A DNA stretch of 64,000 nucleotides, taken from NCBI GenBank assembly GCA_045656225.1, contig JAZOQU010000001.1:19466-83465 (forward strand), read 5' to 3'. The notes below the pieces were generated by a model. That model searched no databases. It was not told the DNA's origin and worked only from the letters and a program-made list of their open reading frames with translations. Shown here piece by piece: positions 44,759-53,116 of the stretch. The translations under genes were made by a program, and so were the position numbers. Positions within the stretch are counted from its first letter, which is position 1; each line of letters begins with the position of its first letter. Source of the stretch: Kiritimatiellia bacterium (GTDB lineage: Bacteria > Verrucomicrobiota > Kiritimatiellia > RFP12 > UBA1067).

Positions 44759-47700
44759 ATGCGTAGCATAGTTCGAGGGGTTGTCGCGCTATTCGCGGCA
44801 TTTTTAATGATGGATGTGGCTAAAGCCGCGCCAACGATAGTCAGCCCGGCTGATTATTCGTCGTTTTCCACATACTCTTTGGCGTTCAAGGAGATTTTGG
44901 AAGAAGGGTCGTTGGGGCCAGATGCTTATGTTTCTTCGACATGGAGCAACCCGTATTTCGGGTATACCGACTACTCGTCAGGTGCTACGGCGGCGACATC
45001 CAAACGTGTTGCCGACAGATTGCTCATGCGTGACAACGCATTGCCTGTAACATTGAAGTGGGCTGGTTCCGCCGGGCAGGTAGTGGTTAAATTGTGGCGC
45101 ACCAAGAAGGACTCTGCGAACAATCCTCAGTTTACCGTTACGACAACAGGTACGTCGGCCAAGTTTTACGACTTGGAGTTCGGGCGCAATTATACTTGGA
45201 CTGTAACCGATTCAACCGGCACTGCCACCGGTCACTTCTATATCACGAACGATAGCGGCGCGCCCCGTATTCTTCTTTACGATCACGATCCCGACGCCAG
45301 CGGAGCCGATACCTCCAATACGCGCGATATGGGCGGATGGCGCACGACAAACGGCAAGGTCGTGAAACAGGGTCTTATCTACCGTACGGCTGAGCTTGAA
45401 TGGTGCAATCCTACAGATGCGAACGGAATGCGTCAGGAATTGACTTATCTTAAGAATACTCTCGGCATCAAGTTCGATATGGATTTTCGCAATTATACCG
45501 ATCTGCAGAATAAACTGGCCTATGTCGGCGCAAATTCAATTACTGAGCATGGCTGGAGATGGGCTTGGAAGAATGGCTCTTATTTGAATTTGAATGAATC
45601 GAACATCGGCGAAGGCGTCGTCCGTTTGAATATCAATAAATTAACGGGTGTTCAGTTTGGCTCGTATACAGAGCTTATTCCTAAAAAGTCTGCTACCGCC
45701 ACGGATAACAAGGACGATAGAAAGAACGTCTGGTGCGCGTTCACGAATCTTGCCAACAGCGCGAACTGGCCTATGGTGTTCCATTGCTCCCACGGCAAGG
45801 ATCGTGCGGGAACGTTCGCTTTAGTGATTCAAGGTGTATTGGGCGTTCCTAAAGAGGCGGCCTTGAAGGATTATGCCATTTCCTGGTTCGATAGCCCGGA
45901 TGAAACATTGGGTTATCTAACAATTTCCAATACCTGCGCCAATTTGGCCACCTATGTTTCAGGCAGCAATCTTTCGACGACATATTTCAAGGATCAGTGC
46001 ATCAACTTTTTGGTGCAATGCGGCAAGGATGCGGGGCTTTCCGAAGAAACTGTCAAAACCAAGATTACGGCGTTCCAGACTGCAATGCTTGAGGATCCAG
46101 AGATGCCCGATCTTGATCCGAACTTGACATCTGCGCCAGAGACTGACGGCGATACGTTTACGTATGTAAACCTTTATCACCGCAGACATGCTGGCGGCGG
46201 AGGAGTGGCCTCTACCAATGACGCTAAGACTGAATTGAGTTACATGTATACTACAGAAACTGGAGAAACTACTCATCCGGCTCCTTCCAAATTCGACAAT
46301 TATGATGTGTGTTTGTATTTCTATCCTACAGCAGGTTTGCCATATTCAACTCCCGTTGGCGCATATTATAAGGTAGGTAAAGTTGTTTCCAACGGTTATT
46401 ATTCTCCGTCTGCTGTAGGTCCCTATAGTTTCAAGTTTTATTTTTCGAGTGCTGATCATTCCAAGTCCGACAGAACGATTATTGAGCATAGGGCAGGTGT
46501 CGGTAAATATGAAAATGTTGACCTTTACTTTACTAAGTATGATTCGTCAAACTTAGGTGAAGGCGGTCGAAATTTGGCATACGTTTATACTGGTAGCAGT
46601 GCAGCTATTGAAGTATGGGCTAATGCTACAATGCGCATTATGGATATGAGGGATATGTCCCAGTTGCGCAGCGCGAAGGGTTACAAGGCTTATATCAAGT
46701 TCCCTAAAGGTAGGTGTGCCAATGCGCGCTTAGAAGCACTTGAGACTGATCGAGGTGACAGGTGTTCGCTCGGCTGGTTCACTGGCGGTGAAGCCGGAAC
46801 GCGCCAGTACATGAAGGTTAGCAATACATTGCTTGAGTTCAATGCGCCTAACAAGACGAGTACGGTGGAGGGTTCTCTCGGTCTTGAATTCTCATTGGGC
46901 AGCGTGAATACAACTTCAAGTCAGGCGATGCTCAAGGTCGCAGATAAGCTTGTAATTCCCGCAGGTTCGACCATTACTGTCAACGCAGGTCGCAAGGGCG
47001 CCGGCACCTACAGGCTTATTCAGGCTGGCACCCTGATTGATAACGCCAACCTCACCTTAAGGACCAACTACAAAGTTGACAACTGCAAGATTGGCTATTA
47101 TGGTACTATTGTTAATGATGGCAATAACCTTAACCTCGTCGTTCAAGAGGGTGAACCACCAGAGGAGGATCCTGAGGATATCGGGGATGCTGATGAAGGT
47201 GATTGGGGCTATAGAGTTAGAGGCTTAGGCGCTCTTAAGAATGAGACGGCTCTTGTATTTACCAATAGTGCTAAGACGGCTAACTGGGTAGTTCCCTCGA
47301 ATCTTGAGAATGTTCAGTTCCTCGTAGTCGGCGGCGGCGGTGGCGGCGGCGCTGATACTTGCGCGTCTGACGCATACTCTGGCGGCGGCGGTGGCGGCGG
47401 CGGCGGCGTAGTTACAGGTCTCGTTTCGTTTGCTGAGAATTCTTATGTCACTATTACTGTAGGTAAGGGCGGTGCCGGCGGTACTGAGGAAACGAAGTAC
47501 AATAGTCAATACGGTGCGTCAGCTTCGGGTGGCAATAGTATGTTTATTACAAGTGATGGACTTAGGGCGACTGCGTTTGGCGGTGGCGGCTCAGGCGGCA
47601 TTAGCGGCGGGACAAAAGTTCGCACTACAGTTGAATCTGGTCCAGCGGGCGGCTCAACGGCTGGTGGTCGCGCTAAGTCAGATGCCGATAAGAATACATT

Positions 47701-50700
47701 CGCTGGCCCTGTCGCTACAGCAACTAAGGGCGAAGTCGTCGGCATAACCGTTTATGGAACGATGGGTAATAACGGTGGTGAGAGTACTGGTAATTATGCC
47801 GGCGCCGGCGGCGGCGGCGCTATGGGTAAGGGCGATGATACAACCGGGGATGCTGCGAATGGCGGACCTGGCTATGAGTCTAATATTACCGGTAGTCGCG
47901 CTGTTTATGGTTCAGGCGGCGGCGGATCTGTTATTACTGGTGTCGGTGGCTTAGGTGGTGAAGGCGCTGGTAATGGTAATAGTTCGGCTGGTGCTTCTGG
48001 TACTGACGGCTTAGCTAACCAGGGTGGCGGCGGCGGCGCTGGTGGCCGTGGTGATTTAGATAGCGTTACTAAAGGCGGTAATGGCGGCTCGGGTATCGTA
48101 GTTATTCGCTATGTTGATGAGGCTGGTTCGCCTGATGATCCCGATGCTCCCGTCGTCAAGATCGCTTCAGATCCTGCGGTCATCCCTAATCTTGTGTACA
48201 ACGGTAATGAGCAGAACGGTGTTATTGCCGGAGAGGGATATGTTCTCTCGGGCGTCACAAAGGCCACATTCGCCGGCACTTACGAGGCGGTAGCTACGCT
48301 CAAGTCCGGTTATACGTGGTCTGATGGAGCGACTGAAGCGAAGACTCTAACATGGGCGATCGCGCAGTTCTCGAATTCTTGGACGATCGAACCTTCGATT
48401 TCGTTGGATTCGTGGATTTCGGGGGGCGCGGCAGGTGAACTTATTGCTGGTGTAGCTCGGTTTGGCGGTGTTCCAACTGGAGTATTTGTGAAGGGCGGCG
48501 AAGGTGAGTTTACAACTATGCCGACCGCGCCTGGCGAATACGAAGTTAAGTTTACAATCCCTGAGACGAGCGATTGGACAGGATTGACCAAGACGGTTGC
48601 GTTTACGATCCTTGAGCCGGGCGAAATCAATCCTACTGAGTATGGTACAGCCGATTCTGCGGAATCGACTTATGCGTGGATTGGGTATACTGGGCCTTGG
48701 ATGTATACGACTAACTGGACGGCTACAGCTAGCGGAACGTATGGAGTACCTAATAACGGAACATACGCGACGGCGGACTTCCCCGCGACGCGCGAGAATG
48801 AGTTTACTTGTACGCTTAACCAGAGTGTTGCGGTTAATAAGGCTGAATTTAATTCGCCTAATATGACATTCGTTTTAGATAATGCGCTCCTAACCCTTAA
48901 AGGTAAGGTTGATAGCTATGCAGCGTGCGACTTCGGTGATGGTGAAAACGATAATTCCACCATTGAATTGAGAGGCGCTAACGCTGGAATTGTTTCAGAC
49001 ACTAAAGAAGTTCGTCTCAATTTTGGCTATCGCCATGGTGAAGTGACTCCAACTGGTATTGTAACTGTTCGCTTCGTTGTTCCTGAAACCGGTTGGGAAA
49101 GCGATGCGAGACTTAAAGCAACGGGTATAGATTCTAAGGTTGTTTTTTATGCCAACTCTAAGCTCGAGATCGATGCGACGGCTCTTGGTGTTCCAGCCGA
49201 AGGCACGACAAAGACCGTTTATCTTGCTTCGGGTACGGGCGATGATGGCGTTTATGTTGAGTCCAAGACGACTAATATCGTATGCGCAGCAGGCGCGAAG
49301 GGTTCTATTAAGATAGAGTCTAAGAAGCTTGTTCTTACGGTTGAGGCCGATGAGATGACTGAGCCTGATGAGCCTCAGGAGCCTCAGTTGACGGCGGTTG
49401 ACGCGCCTGTCGCTCAGGTTGGTCTCGTTTACACGGGCCTTGAGTTGACGGGTGTTGAAAGCGGCACTGGTTATACGCTTACAGGTAATACGGCGACTGA
49501 CGCGGGCGAGTATATCGCCATAGCTACGCTCGCTGAAGGGTATAAGTGGTCTGATGGCTCGACTGATAATAAGGAAATTAGTTGGTCTATCGCTAAGGCG
49601 ACGAACGAGTGGACGACAGAGCCTTCGATTTCTCTCGAGTCCTGGACTCAGGGCGAGACAGCTGGCGTTTTAACGGCTGGTGTCGCTAAGTTCGGTACGG
49701 TTACAGCTTCAATGACTGAGCTCCCGACTGAAGTTGGTTCTTATACGATTACTTATACGGTAGCTGAGACTAAGAACTATACTGGTCTTACCGCGACTGT
49801 TCAGTTCGAGATTAAAGAGACTGAAAACGTTGGTCCAGGTGGAGATGCTAGTGATGATGAGGAAGATCCGATTGCTGTAATTGATGCGAACATGAAGAAG
49901 AACGGTTGGGGATATGTAAAGACTGGTCTTGGCGATCTTAAAAATGAAGTAGCTATTGTCTTCACTAACCATGTTGACAAGACTATGTCTTGGACCGTTC
50001 CTGATACGATCGAAAACGTCCAGTTCCTCGTCGTCGGCGGTGGCGGCGGTGGCGGCGGTTGTATTAGAAAGGGATCTAACTATGTTAAGAATGATGATGA
50101 AGGCGGCGCTGGCGGCGGCGGCGGCGGCGTAGTCACTGGATTGGTTAAATTTAATAAGGGTGATGTTGTAAGTGTTGCTGTCGGTGTTGGTGGTACTGGC
50201 GGTACTGGAGCGGATAATACTTCTACCGGTGGTGCTGGTGCTGGTACGAATGGTGGCGAAAGTAATTTTTATGTAGGTAACAACTTGTATATTAAGGCAT
50301 TTGGCGGTGGTGGAGATGGCGGATATGAGAGGGCTGGCGCTGTAGGCGGTTCCAGTGCCGGATGCCGTCCTAACAAAACCAGCGCGTCTCGTTCTGAAAC
50401 TAATATTGGAACTAAAGGTTCTAATGCAACAGCATATCTCTCGAATGTTGTGTTTAGGGGTTATACTGGAGGCGCAGGTTATACGTCTTGTACATCTGGC
50501 GGTGGCGGCGGTGCAACAGCTGCTGGTACTAAACCCTCAAACTCAGGTTATGGTGGTTATGGTGGAGCTGGTCTTACATTAAGTATTGCTGATGATATTG
50601 CTGTTACTTATGGTTCTGGCGGCGGCGGCGGTACTGCTAGGGATACTGGTGGCGGCGGTATGGGAGGTGATGGTGCTGGCGATGGCGGCGCTCGAGAAGG

Positions 50701-52753
50701 AAATACAGATCTTAATGGCGTCTCTGGTGCCCCAAATCAGGGTGGCGGCGGTGGCGGCGGTTCTTGGAATCAAGAGATTAGTACAACAACTTTCGGTAAT
50801 GGTGGGAATGGCGGCTCTGGTATCGTTGTCTTCCGCTATACGATTAAGAGCGAGGTAAAGGTAGATCCAGTTGAATATATTCAGTCTAAGATTTCCGACA
50901 AATATTATACTGGTATGCTTCAGACTTCTGGATTGACCGAAAATGAGGCTTATACAGTATCTGAAGTTGGCGGGATTAATGCGGGAGAGTATGAGCTTGA
51001 GGTTACGCTTAAGTCTGGCTTTGTATGGGCTGATGATTATCCGAATAAGCGTCGTATCTTCAATTGGAATATTCTCAAGGAGCCTAATAACTGGAAGACT
51101 CCGATGGCGCTTTCAGTCAAGAGTTGGGCACAGCATTATGCAGCCAATGTCAAGTTTGTTAAGCCCGTTCAGACGATTGGCGAGCTTAATGCCACGATTA
51201 CCAAGGATGGCGTAACAGAAACTTTTAACGGAACTTTACCTGTTGAGCCTGGCGTATACACTCTCAAATATTGGGTCGAAGAGAACGCTCTTAACTACAA
51301 CGGTTGCTCGTGTGAGGTTACATTTGTTATCTATCGTTCTGAGTCGATTGACGGAGGCTATAAGGTCTTTGGTCTTGGCGAAAAGGGTAATGAAGAGGCT
51401 ATGGTATTTACTGAGTCGGGTAACTGGACTCTTGATAAGAGCCTTAACAATGTTCAGTTCCTCGTAGTCGGCGGTGGCGGCGGCGGTGGTGCTGACAATA
51501 GTAAAACATCGGATCAACGTCAAGGCGGCTCTGGCGGTGGTGGCGGCGGTGTTGTTACAGGACTTGTCAATTTTGTCAGTGGTCAGACGATAACGGTTAC
51601 TGTCGGTGCCGGTGGTCAGGGCGGTGAACGTGGCGGTTCAACAAGTCCCTACGGTGCTGTAAAGACTCAGGCTGAGAATTCTTCGTTTGCTATTGGTACT
51701 GCAACATCTGTAGTTGCGTTTGCTGGTGGTGGAGATACCGGATCTACTAGTGATTCTTCAGATTCTACTGGCGGACAGACTGGCGGAAACGGCGGATCGG
51801 GCGCTGGTTCGCGTGCTACTGCGACTGGACGCGGCGAAGCTACTTGCGGCAATGTAAATGATACTGCGAAGGCTATTGTCTGCTCCAATACTCTCGGCAA
51901 TGACGGTGGCGCTGGCGCAGCAAAATACCAGGCCGGCGGCGGCGGCGGCGCTACTGCTGAAGGTGGCGCTGGCACAGAAGACGCCGGCGGTAATGGCGGT
52001 GAAGGCTTAGCCTCTAATATTATCGGTACAGACCTCGTTTACGGCTCCGGTGGTGGCGGTGGTGCCGTAGCTGGTGGCGCACAAGGTCCTGGCTTTGGCG
52101 GTAGTGGTGCTGGCAATGGCGGTCATGAAACAGAAGCTACTTCGGCTGTTCCCAATCAGGGTGGCGGCGGCGGTGGCGGCGGCCGCGCTGGTAACGGCGG
52201 CAACGGCGGCTCGGGTATCGTAGTGTTCCGCTATGTCGTTCTTAAATCTCCGACGATTGGAGATTCGCCTGTGGATGCAGCCGAGGCATTCGAAATCGCG
52301 AAGGTCTCCAAGCCTGTTCTCTATCCCAGCGAGCCTGAAGTTTCGACCAACACGGTTGACGGCGTTAAGGTTGTGACGGTGGCTTTTGGCGGCGTTAATG
52401 CTCCGGTTCCTGATTGCTATGACGTAATCAAGAGCGTCACAGATAAAGGCTATCAGATCAGTCTTGTGATCAAGGATGAGTTTAAGAATCCTACGATTGC
52501 CGACTCTGCTGATGATGAGACTCCGGCGATCAAGATTGAGAACGGTAAGGTTAAGATTCATCTTGAGGGAACTCACGAAAAACTTCATTATTCGCTCATG
52601 ACATCGACATCGATCGATCCAAGTGCAACTTGGACGACGGCGGAAGGCGATTGGACTGACAACGCCAACTTTGAGTTCGGCGATGGAGTTCAGAAGCTTG
52701 ATGACGTTCGCTTCTTCAAGGTGGGTGAAGTTTCCGACGAGCCGATAGAATAA
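44759..52753 (+). CDS. giant secreted multidomain protein 1 (2664 aa): phosphatase-like head, beta-helix-type segment, three polyglycine modules, three tandem Ig-like pairs, conserved C-terminal domain
   Basis: A GGAG lies upstream. The signal peptide is MRSIVRGVVALFAAFLMMDVAKA/AP. The Cys-X5-Arg motif is FHCSHGKDRAGT (Cys codon 45785-45787). The ORF is uninterrupted for 7995 nt and is followed by a strong terminator. Confidence 0.9.
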   Translation: MRSIVRGVVALFAAFLMMDVAKAAPTIVSPADYSSFSTYSLAFKEILEEGSLGPDAYVSSTWSNPYFGYTDYSSGATAATSKRVADRLLMRDNALPVTLKWAGSAGQVVVKLWRTKKDSANNPQFTVTTTGTSAKFYDLEFGRNYTWTVTDSTGTATGHFYITNDSGAPRILLYDHDPDASGADTSNTRDMGGWRTTNGKVVKQGLIYRTAELEWCNPTDANGMRQELTYLKNTLGIKFDMDFRNYTDLQNKLAYVGANSITEHGWRWAWKNGSYLNLNESNIGEGVVRLNINKLTGVQFGSYTELIPKKSATATDNKDDRKNVWCAFTNLANSANWPMVFHCSHGKDRAGTFALVIQGVLGVPKEAALKDYAISWFDSPDETLGYLTISNTCANLATYVSGSNLSTTYFKDQCINFLVQCGKDAGLSEETVKTKITAFQTAMLEDPEMPDLDPNLTSAPETDGDTFTYVNLYHRRHAGGGGVASTNDAKTELSYMYTTETGETTHPAPSKFDNYDVCLYFYPTAGLPYSTPVGAYYKVGKVVSNGYYSPSAVGPYSFKFYFSSADHSKSDRTIIEHRAGVGKYENVDLYFTKYDSSNLGEGGRNLAYVYTGSSAAIEVWANATMRIMDMRDMSQLRSAKGYKAYIKFPKGRCANARLEALETDRGDRCSLGWFTGGEAGTRQYMKVSNTLLEFNAPNKTSTVEGSLGLEFSLGSVNTTSSQAMLKVADKLVIPAGSTITVNAGRKGAGTYRLIQAGTLIDNANLTLRTNYKVDNCKIGYYGTIVNDGNNLNLVVQEGEPPEEDPEDIGDADEGDWGYRVRGLGALKNETALVFTNSAKTANWVVPSNLENVQFLVVGGGGGGGADTCASDAYSGGGGGGGGGVVTGLVSFAENSYVTITVGKGGAGGTEETKYNSQYGASASGGNSMFITSDGLRATAFGGGGSGGISGGTKVRTTVESGPAGGSTAGGRAKSDADKNTFAGPVATATKGEVVGITVYGTMGNNGGESTGNYAGAGGGGAMGKGDDTTGDAANGGPGYESNITGSRAVYGSGGGGSVITGVGGLGGEGAGNGNSSAGASGTDGLANQGGGGGAGGRGDLDSVTKGGNGGSGIVVIRYVDEAGSPDDPDAPVVKIASDPAVIPNLVYNGNEQNGVIAGEGYVLSGVTKATFAGTYEAVATLKSGYTWSDGATEAKTLTWAIAQFSNSWTIEPSISLDSWISGGAAGELIAGVARFGGVPTGVFVKGGEGEFTTMPTAPGEYEVKFTIPETSDWTGLTKTVAFTILEPGEINPTEYGTADSAESTYAWIGYTGPWMYTTNWTATASGTYGVPNNGTYATADFPATRENEFTCTLNQSVAVNKAEFNSPNMTFVLDNALLTLKGKVDSYAACDFGDGENDNSTIELRGANAGIVSDTKEVRLNFGYRHGEVTPTGIVTVRFVVPETGWESDARLKATGIDSKVVFYANSKLEIDATALGVPAEGTTKTVYLASGTGDDGVYVESKTTNIVCAAGAKGSIKIESKKLVLTVEADEMTEPDEPQEPQLTAVDAPVAQVGLVYTGLELTGVESGTGYTLTGNTATDAGEYIAIATLAEGYKWSDGSTDNKEISWSIAKATNEWTTEPSISLESWTQGETAGVLTAGVAKFGTVTASMTELPTEVGSYTITYTVAETKNYTGLTATVQFEIKETENVGPGGDASDDEEDPIAVIDANMKKNGWGYVKTGLGDLKNEVAIVFTNHVDKTMSWTVPDTIENVQFLVVGGGGGGGGCIRKGSNYVKNDDEGGAGGGGGGVVTGLVKFNKGDVVSVAVGVGGTGGTGADNTSTGGAGAGTNGGESNFYVGNNLYIKAFGGGGDGGYERAGAVGGSSAGCRPNKTSASRSETNIGTKGSNATAYLSNVVFRGYTGGAGYTSCTSGGGGGATAAGTKPSNSGYGGYGGAGLTLSIADDIAVTYGSGGGGGTARDTGGGGMGGDGAGDGGAREGNTDLNGVSGAPNQGGGGGGGSWNQEISTTTFGNGGNGGSGIVVFRYTIKSEVKVDPVEYIQSKISDKYYTGMLQTSGLTENEAYTVSEVGGINAGEYELEVTLKSGFVWADDYPNKRRIFNWNILKEPNNWKTPMALSVKSWAQHYAANVKFVKPVQTIGELNATITKDGVTETFNGTLPVEPGVYTLKYWVEENALNYNGCSCEVTFVIYRSESIDGGYKVFGLGEKGNEEAMVFTESGNWTLDKSLNNVQFLVVGGGGGGGADNSKTSDQRQGGSGGGGGGVVTGLVNFVSGQTITVTVGAGGQGGERGGSTSPYGAVKTQAENSSFAIGTATSVVAFAGGGDTGSTSDSSDSTGGQTGGNGGSGAGSRATATGRGEATCGNVNDTAKAIVCSNTLGNDGGAGAAKYQAGGGGGATAEGGAGTEDAGGNGGEGLASNIIGTDLVYGSGGGGGAVAGGAQGPGFGGSGAGNGGHETEATSAVPNQGGGGGGGGRAGNGGNGGSGIVVFRYVVLKSPTIGDSPVDAAEAFEIAKVSKPVLYPSEPEVSTNTVDGVKVVTVAFGGVNAPVPDCYDVIKSVTDKGYQISLVIKDEFKNPTIADSADDETPAIKIENGKVKIHLEGTHEKLHYSLMTSTSIDPSATWTTAEGDWTDNANFEFGDGVQKLDDVRFFKVGEVSDEPIE
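47204..48112 (+). repeat. polyglycine module 1 of giant protein 1 (~303 aa)
   Basis: The module starts WGYRVRGLGALKNETALVFTN..WVVPSNLENVQFLVVGGGGGGG. It contains GGGGGGGGGVVTGLV, AFGGGGSGG, YGSGGGGS and NQGGGGGAGG. It ends GGNGGSGIVVIRY. Confidence 0.85.
48178..48614 (+). repeat. tandem Ig-like (MBG-like) pair A
   Basis: The sequence LVYNGNEQNG..AGTYEAVATLKSGYTWSDG..TWAIAQFSNSWTIEPSISLDSW..PGEYEVKFTIPETSDWTGLTKTVAFTILE is paralogous to 49388-49819, 50903-51334 and 56558-56989. Confidence 0.7.
49388..49819 (+). repeat. tandem Ig-like (MBG-like) pair B; best-conserved nucleotide tract shared with giant gene 2
   Basis: This 432-nt tract is collinear with 56558-56989, which has the same length. 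It includes identical runs such as tcgctaaggcgacgaacgagtggacgac and atgactgagctcccgac. Confidence 0.8.
49907..50839 (+). repeat. polyglycine module 2 of giant protein 1 (~311 aa)
   Basis: The module starts WGYVKTGLGDLKNEVAIVFTN..WTVPDTIENVQFLVVGGGGGGGG and ends GNGGNGGSGIVVFRY. Confidence 0.85.
50903..51334 (+). repeat. tandem Ig-like (MBG-like) pair C (most divergent)
   Basis: The sequence is YYTGMLQTSG..AGEYELEVTLKSGFVWADD..NWNILKEPNNWKTPMALSVKSW..PGVYTLKYWVEENALNYNGCSCEVTFVIY. Confidence 0.6.
51359..52234 (+). repeat. polyglycine module 3 of giant protein 1 (~292 aa)
   Basis: The module starts YKVFGLGEKGNEEAMVFTE..WTLDKSLNNVQFLVVGGGGGGG and ends GNGGNGGSGIVVFRY. The 26-mer aatgttcagttcctcgtagtcggcgg is identical to the one in module 1. 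Confidence 0.85.
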
Positions 52754-52776
52754 ACATAAATTATAGAGTAGAAACG

Positions 52777-52808
52777 CGAGCCTCCTTAAAAAAGGGGGCT
52801 CGTTTTTT
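52777..52808 (+). terminator. rho-independent terminator of giant gene 1
   Basis: The stem cgagcctcc / gggggctcg has an 8-nt A-rich loop and is followed by T6. It is nearly identical to the terminator at 58996-59029. Confidence 0.85.
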
Positions 52809-52937
52809 AATTTCATTTATTAATCCTATATAAGTAGCGCGAGGCGTTGAAAAGGCGCGATAGAAGAGATGACTGTTTTGGTATGTAAAATTATATATGA
52901 TAAAAAAGTGTAGGACTTTTAATTTTTCATTAACTTA

Positions 52938-52947
52938 CCCCCCCCCC
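52938..52947 (+). repeat. homopolymeric C10 tract upstream of the giant gene 2 promoter
   Basis: The context acttaCCCCCCCCCCtcga was counted by hand. Its position relative to the -10 is the same as for the C9 tract of gene 1. Confidence 0.9.
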
Positions 52948-52963
52948 TCGACGTTTCTGAGAT

Positions 52964-52992
52964 TTGATTTTTGAAAATTAGAGTGCTAAAAT
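52964..52992 (+). promoter_or_regulatory. putative promoter TTGATT-17-(TGc)TAAAAT of giant gene 2
   Basis: It is homologous in position and sequence to 44601-44629. The implied leader is about 120 nt. Confidence 0.45.
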
Positions 52993-53116
52993 TGCAATTG
53001 CGTATAGCAATTTTGGGTTTTGTATTGTGAATTTGATTAGGTTGTCTGCAAGCCGAGGCGACTTGCCTTAATCAGTATTGCAATGCATTAATTCAATTAA
53101 AATGGAGTAAATAATT

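Noticed and set aside
52007-52816. 269-aa minus-strand ORF inside the end of giant gene 1, plus the many 60-100-aa ORFs in both strands across 47-57 kb
   Set aside because: They are artefacts of Gly-codon-rich (GGN) repeats that leave alternative frames open. The 7995-nt and 5853-nt + frames are far better supported.
44575-52947. The C9 versus C10 difference as direct evidence of slipped-strand variation
   Set aside because: Alignment shows C9 followed by A versus C10, with identical total spacing to the -10. This is a substitution, not a length change. Phase variation remains only a hypothesis.
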